NCBI GenBank assembly: GCA_040397215.1
Contig: JBBAWK010000005.1
Length of the DNA: 64,000 nucleotides
Direction: 5' to 3' (one strand)
From: Candidatus Limnocylindrus sp.
Lineage (GTDB): Bacteria > Chloroflexota > Limnocylindria > Limnocylindrales > Limnocylindraceae
Shown: piece by piece, positions 28,814 to 38,575 of the stretch
Position numbering within the stretch: the first letter of the stretch is position 1
Layout of the letters: every line of letters starts with the position of its first letter
The notes under the pieces: generated by a model
Database searches by the model: none
Seen by the model: the letters and a program-made list of their open reading frames with translations, nothing else
What the model was told of the DNA's origin: nothing
Made by a program: the position numbers and the translations under genes

Positions 28814-29325
28814 CGCTCCGTGATGGAGATCGGCGCAGCGTTGCCGAACAGCTTGAGCTACCGCTCGATCAACAGCCGGCTACGCCGTTTGCGGGAAAAG
28901 TGTTGCGCACCGCCGCCGCCGCCGCTCCCACACCACCACGCATCCCCGCTGGTGATCAGCGGCTGATCCGCGCCCTCAGCGTCGGCACGTTCATTGCGGC
29001 GCTGATCACCGTCGTCGGTGCGGTAACGGTCAACCCCGCTCAAGAACCGACGCGCGCCCTTGCCGTTGCGGGTGCACTGGCTCTCACTGTGACGCTCGGG
29101 CTCACGGGGCTTCTTCTCTTGCGCTCCTTTCAGGGGCATCCAGGTGTCTGGCGGGTACGCCGTCGCCGGAGTTTGCGGCGCGGGTTGTTTGCGGGCGCTC
29201 TACTCGGTGGCTACGTTGCCCTGCGTATCATTGGCCTCGGTGGCCCAACAGGGCTATTGATCGCAGTAGCTCTCGTGGTCGTGGCTGAGGCAGCAATCTC
29301 GCGGGCCGAGGTCGACTCGGTCTAG
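28810..29325 (+). CDS. predicted integral membrane protein (171 aa, 3-4 TM), coupled to the helicase-nuclease
   Basis: ATGA overlap with the helicase stop. Hydrophobic helices (FIAALITVVGAVTV, ALAVAGALALTVTLGLTGLLLL, LFAGALLGGYVAL...LLIAVALVVVAEA). Confidence 0.5.
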   Translation: MTLRDGDRRSVAEQLELPLDQQPATPFAGKVLRTAAAAAPTPPRIPAGDQRLIRALSVGTFIAALITVVGAVTVNPAQEPTRALAVAGALALTVTLGLTGLLLLRSFQGHPGVWRVRRRRSLRRGLFAGALLGGYVALRIIGLGGPTGLLIAVALVVVAEAAISRAEVDSV

Positions 29326-29407
29326 TCCCAATTCTGCCTGAAACGGGTGTAGGATTGCCGCGCGCCCTGCTGGACGTTGGCTCGCACCGGCGGCGCATCT
29401 GAGTGAA

Positions 29408-30478
29408 ATGGTGACCAACATGAGCCCGAATACCCCACCTTTCGCCGCCTCCCTTGCCGCGCTCGGCTGGAGCGGCACCCAAGAGCAGCGCGATCCACTA
29501 GATCGCCCCTCGTATGTGGGGCCGGTCAGCTTCGCTCAACTTCCGTGGGTTGAGGATGTGGCTGAGATCCGTCGTCGCAAGGCCGACATCGCGATCATTG
29601 GTGCACCGTTTGATGATGCCGTCACCCATCGTCCTGGCACACGCTTCGGGCCACGTGCCATTCGCGAGGCGCAGTACCAAACTGGCACCCTGCACTCACT
29701 GCAGGTGGGCGTTGAGCCGTTTACCGCCCTCACCGCCGTTGATGCCGGTGACGCCCTGGTTTACCCAGGACGACTCGAGTATGGTCACGGCGCCATCTAC
29801 CGCAAGGTTCGTGATGTCGCTGAGACCGGTGCGATTCCGATCGTGCTTGGTGGCGATCACTCGATCACGTGGCCGAACGCGACGGCAATTGCCGAGATGC
29901 GCTGGCCGCAGCGCATCGGAATCCTGCACTTTGATGCACACGCTGACGCCTCCATCGACGGCTACGGATCGTTGCACAGCCACGGCTCGCCAATGCGCCG
30001 CCTGATCGAATCGGGCGCGGTGCTCGGCAAGAACTTTGTGCAGGTTGGCCTACGAGGTTACTTCCCTGACAAGGAGACGCTCGGTTGGATGCGGGAAAAC
30101 GGCATGCGAAGTCACTTCATGACCGAGATCGAAGAGCGCGGCTCAGAGGCAGTCATCGCAACCGCCATTGCAGAGGCGCTCGACGGTCCAGATGCGATTT
30201 GGATCAGCCTTGACATTGATGTGGTCGATCCGGGCCTCGCGCCAGGAACGGGCACACCAGAGCCAGGCGGGATGCTCTCGCGTGAGCTGCTCCGCGGGCT
30301 CCGTCAGATTGCCGCGCAAGTCCCGATCGCAGGAATGGACATCGTTGAGGTCTCACCACCGTATGACTGGGCTGAGTCAACGGCGATGATCGCCAACCGT
30401 GCCGCCCTTGAAGTGATTAGCGCGCTGGCAAAGCGCAAGGAGTCCGGCGAGACGATTCGTTGGGAACACTCCCGCTGA
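29408..30478 (+). CDS. ureohydrolase family protein (agmatinase / arginase / guanidino-acid hydrolase-like)
   Basis: Binuclear-Mn ligand motifs GGDHSITWP, DAHADA and SLDIDVVDP. About 40-aa N-terminal extension. Confidence 0.8.
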   Translation: MVTNMSPNTPPFAASLAALGWSGTQEQRDPLDRPSYVGPVSFAQLPWVEDVAEIRRRKADIAIIGAPFDDAVTHRPGTRFGPRAIREAQYQTGTLHSLQVGVEPFTALTAVDAGDALVYPGRLEYGHGAIYRKVRDVAETGAIPIVLGGDHSITWPNATAIAEMRWPQRIGILHFDAHADASIDGYGSLHSHGSPMRRLIESGAVLGKNFVQVGLRGYFPDKETLGWMRENGMRSHFMTEIEERGSEAVIATAIAEALDGPDAIWISLDIDVVDPGLAPGTGTPEPGGMLSRELLRGLRQIAAQVPIAGMDIVEVSPPYDWAESTAMIANRAALEVISALAKRKESGETIRWEHSR

Positions 30479-31227
30479 GCGAAACCGCTTCCGAGGGACG
30501 AAGCCGCCTGCTCGCTGACGAACGCGACTTAACTTACGCCGCCGACGATGACCTTGTGTATTGGCGGGAGGTAGCAGCGGAATCGGACGGCCCCATTCTC
30601 GAGATTGGGTGCGGCGCAGGTCGCATCCTGACGGCCCTTGGTGCCGCCGGGCCGCAGCGCATCGGTATTGATCTCGATATGAGCGCCCTCGCCCTGGCTT
30701 CGGAGCGCGCTCCGTTGGCCGAATGGATCTGTGCAGATGGCCGAAGCTGGCGTCTTGATGAAGCCGACGCAGCCCTCGTGATCCTTGGCGGTGATCTGCT
30801 CTCGCTGATCACCGCGCCCGCGGATCTTGATGCGCTCTTACGAACAGCAGTGCTGCACTGCGCACCTGGCGGACAGGTCGGAATCGACGCCACACTCATG
30901 GACCCGCAGCTGTTCGCGGATGAGGTCGAGGGTGAGTGGAGTGTTGATCTAGAGCGGGCAGATGCTGATCTCGGCACGGTTCAACGCGAAAGCCGCATCA
31001 GGTCCGACCCGCAGGCGCGCAGCAACACCGTACTACTGGAAATTCGGCATCGGGCGGTGGGGGGAGACGGCCGCCTTACGGTGATCTATCCCGACCGACC
31101 TCCCTTCGCCATTCGTGCCTGGCAGCCAGATGAGGTGCGAGCCCTCGCGGCCGCGGCAGGCCTACGCGTGACCAGGGTTGGCGCCGACGATCGTCTGCGC
31201 TGGCTGCTACGGTCAGCGCATGAGTGA
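30460..31227 (+). CDS. class I SAM-dependent methyltransferase
   Basis: Motif I ILEIGCGAGRIL. TTG start overlaps the ureohydrolase 3' end; the start is uncertain. The stop overlaps murI. Confidence 0.65.
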   Translation: MGTLPLSETASEGRSRLLADERDLTYAADDDLVYWREVAAESDGPILEIGCGAGRILTALGAAGPQRIGIDLDMSALALASERAPLAEWICADGRSWRLDEADAALVILGGDLLSLITAPADLDALLRTAVLHCAPGGQVGIDATLMDPQLFADEVEGEWSVDLERADADLGTVQRESRIRSDPQARSNTVLLEIRHRAVGGDGRLTVIYPDRPPFAIRAWQPDEVRALAAAAGLRVTRVGADDRLRWLLRSAHE

Positions 31228-32129
31228 CCCACGCCCAAATGAGTGATCCGCGCCCAATCGGGCTCTTCGATTCAGGGATCGGCGGTCTCACCGTTCTGCG
31301 TGAAGTGCAGGCGCGCCTCCCAGCCGAATCCACCATCTACATCGGTGATAGCGCCCGTCACCCATATGGCACCCGCAGCGATGTCGAGGTACGCAAATTT
31401 GCCGAAGAGCTCAGCGACGAGCTCGTCACACGCGGCGTTAAGGCGATCATCATTGCCTGTAATACCGCGACGGCCATCGCGCTTGAGCATCTTCGTGAGC
31501 GGCACCCAGCAACACCAATCATCGGCGTGATCCGACCAGGAGCGGCAGCCGCGGCGCTCGCGACACGTACCGGCCGGGTTGGTGTGCTGGCCACTATTGC
31601 AACCGTCCGGTCGCGTGCGTACTTCGCCGCTATCAAAGATGAGAATCCTGGCACGCGGGTGACGGAGCGAGCTGCCTCGGAACTCGTTACGCTCATTGAG
31701 TCAGGTCGCACGACTACAAACGAGATGAGCGATGCCATCCATGCGGCGATTGACCCGTTTCTTACTGGTGAGCCGAGCGAACGTATCGATACCCTACTGC
31801 TTGGTTGCACCCACTTCCCGCTGATTCGCGGCGCCATTGATGCGGCGCTCGGTGCCCCGATTGCTGTGGTTGATTCCGCCGCAGCAACGGCGAGCTTTCT
31901 TCAAGAGATCATCGCGGTGAATGGGCTTGAGGCTCCAGGATCTAGCCGCGGGACGGCGGCCGACCCCGGTCATCTCGGACACTCCGCGCCGGCCTCAGCG
32001 CCAATAGCCCCAGAGCATCAGATATTCACGACGGGGGATCCTGCGGCGGTGAATGCGCTCTCGATCCGTCTCTTTGGCGGTGCAGCACCGCGAGCGCAGC
32101 AGATGACGCTGGGTGCGAAACGCAGTTAG
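31224..32129 (+). CDS. murI: glutamate racemase
   Basis: LFDSGIGGLTV and ACNTATA motifs. 301 aa. Confidence 0.9.
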   Translation: MTHAQMSDPRPIGLFDSGIGGLTVLREVQARLPAESTIYIGDSARHPYGTRSDVEVRKFAEELSDELVTRGVKAIIIACNTATAIALEHLRERHPATPIIGVIRPGAAAAALATRTGRVGVLATIATVRSRAYFAAIKDENPGTRVTERAASELVTLIESGRTTTNEMSDAIHAAIDPFLTGEPSERIDTLLLGCTHFPLIRGAIDAALGAPIAVVDSAAATASFLQEIIAVNGLEAPGSSRGTAADPGHLGHSAPASAPIAPEHQIFTTGDPAAVNALSIRLFGGAAPRAQQMTLGAKRS

Positions 32130-32881
32130 CGGCGCTCCAGAGCTGGCAGGATAGCGCGCACAATTTCGGCGGCGTTCCTTGAGGCGAGCGCGAGATACTC
32201 CCAGAAGCTAAGCGTGGCCTCGCCGTCACCAGAGTCGCTCACGCTGCGGATCACCAGCCAGGGGATGCCATGCGTGCGTGCCGCATAGGCGATGGCGGCC
32301 CCCTCCATCTCAACGAGGTCGGCTGAGCTGCGGGCGGCAATCGCATCGCGAACCTTCTGGTCTGCGACAAACCAATCGCCGGTGGCGATGCGGCCGCGAC
32401 GGAGGTTAATCCCAAGGCGTGTTGTCGTTGGTGTGGCGGCATCGAACGCCGCGGTTACGAGCTCGGGATCGGCAACCAGAAGTGGGTCGCCTTTTGATGG
32501 AGTATCCGCGCCGTAGCCGAAGAGTCGAAAGCCATCGGCCTCTGCTGCGGCAAAGTCATGCTGCAAGACATCATCGGCGAGTAGGACGTCGCCGACGCGA
32601 TATCCCGCATGCAGGGCGCCGGCGGAGCCGACCGAGATCACGCAGCGGGGCTCAACTGCCAGGGCGGCGGTAACTGCAACCACCGAGGCGACCTTACCCA
32701 CGCCGCAGCGCAGAAGCGCGACCGGGTGTGTGTCGATGTGGCCGATGAGGAGCGCACCCTCTGCAAGTCCTGGAAGTGGGTGAGGCACCAGATCAGTGGC
32801 GAGCGCCTCAAGAGCGGCGCGCTCCTCGCTGAGCGCGGCAGCGATGAGTGTTGGGCCTGAAGGGCGGAAGTGTTGCTGCAT
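32126..32881 (-). CDS. PNP_UDP_1-family nucleosidase (MTA/SAH nucleosidase or futalosine hydrolase-like)
   Basis: Glycine-rich phosphate/ribose loop (VISVGSAGAL) and LVEMEGAAIA motif typical of Pfs/MqnB-type nucleosidases. Confidence 0.7.
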   Translation of the reverse strand: MQQHFRPSGPTLIAAALSEERAALEALATDLVPHPLPGLAEGALLIGHIDTHPVALLRCGVGKVASVVAVTAALAVEPRCVISVGSAGALHAGYRVGDVLLADDVLQHDFAAAEADGFRLFGYGADTPSKGDPLLVADPELVTAAFDAATPTTTRLGINLRRGRIATGDWFVADQKVRDAIAARSSADLVEMEGAAIAYAARTHGIPWLVIRSVSDSGDGEATLSFWEYLALASRNAAEIVRAILPALERR

Positions 32882-32898
32882 GGGGGTAGGATAGCGGT

Positions 32899-34506
32899 GT
32901 GCATATGCCCGCTGTGACCCACGCTCCGTTGCCGCGACGTCGCAGCCTCTTCACGCTCGCACTCGCTCTCCTGCTCGCTGCCGCGTGCGGCACCTCTGCC
33001 GCGCCATCGGGGGCGAGCGGAGAGTCGTCGGCGAACCCAAGCCTCTCACCAACCAGTGATAGCCGGAGCCCACTGATCCCTGTTGCTGGATACCGCAGCA
33101 CCCTCACTGCGCTCACGAACGCCGGGGTTGCGCGGCTTGCCGAAGTTGGGGGGAAATCACCGATCACCAAACTGATCCTGATCGCGCCGGAGTCAAGCAC
33201 CATCCTTGCAGCGCTCGGCCTCTCGGCCACCTCAATTGCATCGCGCCTGGCACTCGTCGCGGACCGCACCGCCCTCAAGGCGGCACTCGCCGCCGATGAG
33301 AGGGCGGCAGGGTTCGTGCGGCTCGCCGCCCTTGAGCCAGCACTGCGCGCCCTAACGTGGGAGGGGGCTGCGATTGTAGGAGTACAGCACGTCGAGTCGT
33401 TGGCTGATTGGCCGCTGCGCGCCGAGCTACCCCTCGACGCATCAATTCCTGCAGAGTGGCTATCTGGTCCGCTTGCGTACGACCCTGCATCCGCATGGAC
33501 CCTTGCCGCTGGTGGCGACATCCTGCTTGACCGTGGCGTTGCAGCCAACGCGAAGCGGTCCAAGCGTGGGGCAGATTCGCTCTTTGATGGCGGCTTTGCC
33601 GATATCACTGGCACAACCTGTTGCAGTCAGTTCCACGTGCCGCGGGTTGCGGCGCGCCTCGTGAGTGGTGGCGGCATCAACGGCTTGATGCGCTCGCTCT
33701 TTCAGCAGGCAGATCTCTCGATCGCGAACCTTGAATCACCAACACCGAAGAGGTGGCAACAGCACAATTCTGGTACGACCTTTACCGGGAACCCAGCACT
33801 CCTACGGGTCGTGAAAGAGGCGGGATTTGATTTCCTCTCGTCGGCGAACAACCACATCGGCGACGGTGGCATTTTGCGCATCCCTGAGACTATTGCCGCC
33901 GTTAAGGCTGCTGGCATGGGCAGCGGTGGCGCCGGGGCAAACCTCGCCGAGGCGCAGCGCCCGTGGCTCTCCGACGTTGGTGGCATCACCGTGGGCATCG
34001 TTGCAGTTGACCAGGTAAACCCGAGCACGCACGCGCGGGCAAACCGGCCGGGGAGCGCGCCGATTGGTACTCCGGAATTGCGGGCCTCAATTGCGGCGGC
34101 CCGCGCAGCTGGCGCAGACGTCGTTATTGTCTTCCCGCATTGGGGTTTGGAGTTCCAGGCGCAACCTACCGCCTCGCAGCGCCGGTTTGCCAAAGTAGCG
34201 ATCGTCGCTGGCGCTGACATGGTGCTCGGTTCGCACTCTCACTGGGCGAGTGCGATGGAGATCATCAACGGTAAGCCGGTCTTCTACTCTATGGGCAACT
34301 TCGTCTTCGACCAGAACTGGTCCGTTGAAACGTCCGAGGGGCTCGTTATCGAATCCACGTTCGCGGGATCGCGGTTGATCAGCACGCGCATGTTGCCAAC
34401 AGTGGTCCTCAACCAGTCACAGCCAAACTTCGTCGACGTCGCCACCGATGGCGTACCGATCATGGATCGCGTCTGGAAGGGCTCAAAAGGTCTGCCTCGC
34501 TGGTAA
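32899..34506 (+). CDS. CapA/PgsA-family metallophosphatase lipoprotein
   Basis: Lipobox LLAAAC after a signal peptide. CapA motifs GDILLDRG, GFDFLSSANNH, VIVFPHWGLEF and VLGSHSHW. Confidence 0.75.
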   Translation: MHMPAVTHAPLPRRRSLFTLALALLLAAACGTSAAPSGASGESSANPSLSPTSDSRSPLIPVAGYRSTLTALTNAGVARLAEVGGKSPITKLILIAPESSTILAALGLSATSIASRLALVADRTALKAALAADERAAGFVRLAALEPALRALTWEGAAIVGVQHVESLADWPLRAELPLDASIPAEWLSGPLAYDPASAWTLAAGGDILLDRGVAANAKRSKRGADSLFDGGFADITGTTCCSQFHVPRVAARLVSGGGINGLMRSLFQQADLSIANLESPTPKRWQQHNSGTTFTGNPALLRVVKEAGFDFLSSANNHIGDGGILRIPETIAAVKAAGMGSGGAGANLAEAQRPWLSDVGGITVGIVAVDQVNPSTHARANRPGSAPIGTPELRASIAAARAAGADVVIVFPHWGLEFQAQPTASQRRFAKVAIVAGADMVLGSHSHWASAMEIINGKPVFYSMGNFVFDQNWSVETSEGLVIESTFAGSRLISTRMLPTVVLNQSQPNFVDVATDGVPIMDRVWKGSKGLPRW

Positions 34507-34522
34507 CGCGGACCCACCTTCG

Positions 34523-35011
34523 CTAAGAGTCGAGCAACTCGTTCTTCTCCAAGTCCACCACGGCGGTTCGCAGGCCGATCGGCTCGCGCCCCGAAAGCAG
34601 CGCCTCAGCGATGGCAAGGTCAGGATCCTCCTCCTCGCCTTCGTCAGCAGCGTGAGCACCCACCCCCTCATGCGCGAGCAGGCGCGTTTCGCCCTCCTCA
34701 GAAGAGATGCCCACGGCGGCCACCAGGCGGGAATCGAATGATGCGGCAAAGTCGTGCTCGCGTTCGAGCTCAGCGGCGATCGCCTCAACGAGGGTCTCCT
34801 CGGTAAAGGTTTCTGTCACCCGGCTGCGGGCCGTCTCCACCATCGCCAAGAACTCGCTAGGGGCGAAGGCCTCGTCGTGGGCGAGGGTAATGCCGATGGC
34901 AAGTTCGTCCTCGGCCTCGTGAAGCTCATAGAAGTACACGCCGCGCAGGCTAGCACCCCGCGTGGCGCTCCTGCTTGACGCCAATGGGTAGGGCGCGGAA
35001 ACTGGAGCCAT
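34523..35011 (-). CDS. acidic hypothetical protein (~162 aa)
   Basis: High GC3 on the minus frame and non-repetitive D/E-rich helical sequence. The start is placed at the ATG whose complement is 35009-35011; the track ORF extends further upstream. Confidence 0.4.
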   Translation of the reverse strand: MAPVSAPYPLASSRSATRGASLRGVYFYELHEAEDELAIGITLAHDEAFAPSEFLAMVETARSRVTETFTEETLVEAIAAELEREHDFAASFDSRLVAAVGISSEEGETRLLAHEGVGAHAADEGEEEDPDLAIAEALLSGREPIGLRTAVVDLEKNELLDS

Positions 35012-35414
35012 GAGGGTCATGATTCGTAGCCGCACGAGCACCGCGCGTGGCACCCTCATCTTCCTCGGGCAGGCGCTGATCGTGGTGCTCTTCGTGGTGG
35101 AGTTCGGACGAAATCTGATCGGCGTCATTCAGGTGAATACGCGCTTGGCGCAGCTTCGCGACGAGACTGCGGCGCTCCAGACTCGGGCCGATGCCCTAAC
35201 GGCGGAGCGGGTGCTTCTCGATGACGCCGCCTTCCTCGAGCTGGTTGCGCGCGGCTACAGCCTCGGCTCCACTGTGGAACGCCCGTTCGTCTTAGCGGCT
35301 GATGCGGCACCACTTCCAGAGGATGCTCCTGGCTCTGGCGCACGGCGGTTCAGCCCTGATGCGCCAACTCGATCGCCGCTCGACGCGTGGCTTGACCTGC
35401 TCCTCGGGAGCTAA
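35010..35414 (+). CDS. FtsB/DivIC-like septum formation initiator (single TM plus coiled coil)
   Basis: N-terminal TM (LIFLGQALIVVLFVV), then coiled coil LRDETAALQTRADALTAERVLLDD and an ...YSLG motif typical of the FtsB family. Confidence 0.5.
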   Translation: MRVMIRSRTSTARGTLIFLGQALIVVLFVVEFGRNLIGVIQVNTRLAQLRDETAALQTRADALTAERVLLDDAAFLELVARGYSLGSTVERPFVLAADAAPLPEDAPGSGARRFSPDAPTRSPLDAWLDLLLGS

Positions 35415-35420
35415 GGGGAA

Positions 35421-36953
35421 CTACCTCTTCGGATCTCCGAAGATCGTCCAGTGCCAGCCCTTCTCGGCCTCGCCAGTGATCTCAATTGCTACGTGCTTGA
35501 TCTGCGTGTACTCCTCAAAGGAGTAGCGGCTGAGGTCCTTACCGAATCCCGACTGCTTGAAGCCACCATGCGGCATCTCGCTCAGGAAGGGGAGATGGTC
35601 ATTGATCAGGACTGAGCCGAAGTTAAGAGCGGCCGCCATGCGATGAGCGCGCGCCACATCACTCGTCCAGCAGCTTGAGGCGAGGCCATACGGCGTGTCG
35701 TTCGCCAGGGCGATCGCCTCGGCTTCGTCGGCAAATGGAAGCGCGACGAGTACCGGACCGAAGACTTCCTGCTGCACGATCTCGCTGGACTGCTGCGCGC
35801 CGACGATGAGCGTTGGCGCGAAGTAGGCACCCTCGGCTGGGACGCCCTTCGGCTGCGCACTGCCGCCCACCACGATCCGTGCCCCTGCGGCAACGGCGCG
35901 ATCAACGTAGCCAGCGACTCGATCGCGGTGGGTGCGCGAGATGAGCGAGCCGAGGTCTGTCGCGGGATCGAACGGATCGCCGATGCGCACCTGCGCGGTG
36001 AGCTCAGCAATGCGGGCCACGAGGCGGTCGAAGATCTCGCTCTGGGCGTAGAGGCGAGTGGCCGCGGTGCAGTCCTGACCAGCGTTAACGAAGGCCCCAG
36101 CGATCGCCCCTCGCGCGGCGGCCTCAATGTCGGCATCAGCGAAGACAACGAACGGTGCCTTGCCACCAAGCTCTAGATGCAGACGCTTCAGGGTTGGCGC
36201 GCCAGCAGCCATCAGTTCTCGACCAGTGGCGCTGTCGCCCGTGAGGGCGATGATGTCGATGCGCGGATCTGCGGCAAATTGCGCCCCGACCTCGGCACCT
36301 GGCCCGGTGATGACATTGACGACGCCAGCAGGGAAGCCAACCTCGCGCGCCAGCTCTGCGAGACGCAGCGCCGCGAGCGGTGTGGCGCTCGCCGGCTTCA
36401 TGACGACGGTGTTACCAGCAGCCAGCGCGGGCGCCGCCTGCCAGACCGCCATCGCGAGTGGATAGTTCCACGGCGCGATCAGCGCGGCAACGCCGATCGG
36501 CTCCCGCCGAATCATCGAGGTGTGGTTGCCGGTGTACTCACCGGCGGCGATACCATCGGGGGTACGCAGGACGCCAGCGAAGTAGCGCAGGTGGTCGATG
36601 ACCGCAGGAATGTCGCCGTCGCGTCGCAACTTGCGCGCGGTGCCCGTCTGCCACACCTCGAGATCGGCGAAGTGATCCGCCTCACGCTCGACCGCGTCGG
36701 CGAGGGCGAGAAGGAGTCGGGCGCGTTCGGCGGGGAGTGTCGTGCGCCAGCCTCCGGTATCAAATGCTCGTCGGGCCGCAGCGATGGCGGCGTCAACGTC
36801 GGCGGCAGCGGCGTGGGGAATCTCGCCGATCACAGCGCCAGTGGCGGGGTGGCGCAGGGTGAAGGTTCGCCCGCTGGCAGCCCCACGCGAGGCGCCGTCA
36901 ATGAGCATCGTTGGGGTGAACGGGGGAGTTGCTCGTGGCGCGCGACTTGTCAT
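35421..36953 (-). CDS. NAD(P)-dependent aldehyde dehydrogenase
   Basis: Catalytic Glu motif ELGGKAPFVV and Cys motif FVNAGQDCTAATRL. 510 aa. Confidence 0.9.
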   Translation of the reverse strand: MTSRAPRATPPFTPTMLIDGASRGAASGRTFTLRHPATGAVIGEIPHAAAADVDAAIAAARRAFDTGGWRTTLPAERARLLLALADAVEREADHFADLEVWQTGTARKLRRDGDIPAVIDHLRYFAGVLRTPDGIAAGEYTGNHTSMIRREPIGVAALIAPWNYPLAMAVWQAAPALAAGNTVVMKPASATPLAALRLAELAREVGFPAGVVNVITGPGAEVGAQFAADPRIDIIALTGDSATGRELMAAGAPTLKRLHLELGGKAPFVVFADADIEAAARGAIAGAFVNAGQDCTAATRLYAQSEIFDRLVARIAELTAQVRIGDPFDPATDLGSLISRTHRDRVAGYVDRAVAAGARIVVGGSAQPKGVPAEGAYFAPTLIVGAQQSSEIVQQEVFGPVLVALPFADEAEAIALANDTPYGLASSCWTSDVARAHRMAAALNFGSVLINDHLPFLSEMPHGGFKQSGFGKDLSRYSFEEYTQIKHVAIEITGEAEKGWHWTIFGDPKR

Positions 36954-37013
36954 GCGCGAAGGGTAGACGATGCGCTGGGCCGCTGGAAGTGGATGGCGCG
37001 CTAGGATGCACCA

Positions 37014-38573
37014 ATGCCGAGCGATCAGTCACCGAAGGGCGCTAAACCTCGACGCACCCCTACGCGCGCCGTCAGCGTGACAACCCCCGCCCCCGCAGCA
37101 ATTGTGGCGCCAGCAAGCTCTGGCCTAGCCGGCAGTAGCCCGTGGGCCTACGCCCCGGCCCCAGAGTCCCGCGAGATCGTCACGATTCGCCAGCGCTACG
37201 GCCTCTTCATCGACGGGAAGGAGCGCGCCCCCTCTGGCGGCGAGGTCACCATCACCTACAACCCGGCCACGGAGGAGCCCCTCGCCGAGATCGCGAAGGG
37301 GACCCCCGCCGACGCTGACCGCGCCATTGAGGCCGCCGACCGCGCCTACCGCAAGGTCTGGTCGAAGTTGCACCCACGCGAACGGGCGAAGTACCTCTAC
37401 CGCATCAGTCGCATCCTGCAGGAGCGCAGTCGCGAGTTTGCCGTCACCGAAACGATGGACTCGGGGAAGCCGATCCGTGAGTCGCGCGACGTGGATGTAC
37501 CCCTTGCTGCCGCGCACTTCTGGTACTACGCCGGCTGGGCCGACAAGCTGGAGTACGCCGTTCCTGGCCGCCGACCCGAGGCACATGGTGTCGTCGGGCA
37601 GGTGATCCCGTGGAACTTTCCACTCCTCATGCTGGCGTGGAAAATCGCTCCGGCACTTGCGGCCGGCAATACCGTTGTCCTGAAGCCCGCTTCAACGACG
37701 CCGCTCACCGCGCTCCTCTTCGCCGACGTCTGCCGCCAGGCCGAGCTGCCAAACGGCGTCGTCAACATCGTCACGGGCCCGGGGAGCACCGGCATGTCGA
37801 TCGTCACCGACCCACGCGTCGCGAAGGTCGCCTTCACCGGCAGCACCTCGGTCGGCGTCACCATCGCCAAGGGGATCGCCGGGCAGGGGAAGGGGCTGAC
37901 ACTCGAACTCGGTGGCAAGGCGGCGAACATCGTCTTCGAAGATGCGGCGCTCGACCAGGCGGTTGAGGGCGTCGTCAACGGCATCTTCTTCAACCAGGGC
38001 GAGGTCTGCTGCGCTGGCAGTCGCCTCCTCGTTCAGGAGTCCATTGCCGAAGAGTTCCTCGCGCGGCTGCGCGACCGCATGTCGATGCTGCGCATCGGCG
38101 ATCCGATGGATAAGAACACCGACGTCGGGGCAATCAATTCGAAAGCCCAGATGGAGAGCATCGGTGAGCTCGTTGCGAGCGGCGTCGCCGAGGGTGCCCA
38201 GATTTGGCAGCCCGCCTGCGACCTACCAACACGCGGCTGGTTCTACCGACCAACCCTCTTCACCAATGTGGCGCAGAGCCATCGCATCGCCCGCGAGGAA
38301 ATCTTCGGACCCGTCTTGGCCACCATCACCTTCCGCACCGTGGATGAGGCGATTGAGAAGGCAAACAACACGGCGTACGGACTCTCCGCCGGCATTTGGA
38401 CCGAGAAGGGGAGCCGCATCCTGCAGGTTGCTAGCGCCCTCAAGGCAGGCGTGGTCTGGGCGAATACCTTCAACCGCTTCGATCCAACTGCGCCGTTCGG
38501 TGGCTACAAAGAGTCTGGCTACGGACGTGAGGGCGGCATGCAGGGCTTGCACGCCTATCTGAGGAGCTCCTAG
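37014..38573 (+). CDS. NAD(P)-dependent aldehyde dehydrogenase (Pro/Ala-rich N-terminal extension)
   Basis: ELGGKAANIVF and FFNQGEVCCAGSRL catalytic motifs. 519 aa. Confidence 0.9.
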   Translation: MPSDQSPKGAKPRRTPTRAVSVTTPAPAAIVAPASSGLAGSSPWAYAPAPESREIVTIRQRYGLFIDGKERAPSGGEVTITYNPATEEPLAEIAKGTPADADRAIEAADRAYRKVWSKLHPRERAKYLYRISRILQERSREFAVTETMDSGKPIRESRDVDVPLAAAHFWYYAGWADKLEYAVPGRRPEAHGVVGQVIPWNFPLLMLAWKIAPALAAGNTVVLKPASTTPLTALLFADVCRQAELPNGVVNIVTGPGSTGMSIVTDPRVAKVAFTGSTSVGVTIAKGIAGQGKGLTLELGGKAANIVFEDAALDQAVEGVVNGIFFNQGEVCCAGSRLLVQESIAEEFLARLRDRMSMLRIGDPMDKNTDVGAINSKAQMESIGELVASGVAEGAQIWQPACDLPTRGWFYRPTLFTNVAQSHRIAREEIFGPVLATITFRTVDEAIEKANNTAYGLSAGIWTEKGSRILQVASALKAGVVWANTFNRFDPTAPFGGYKESGYGREGGMQGLHAYLRSS

Positions 38574-38575
38574 TC

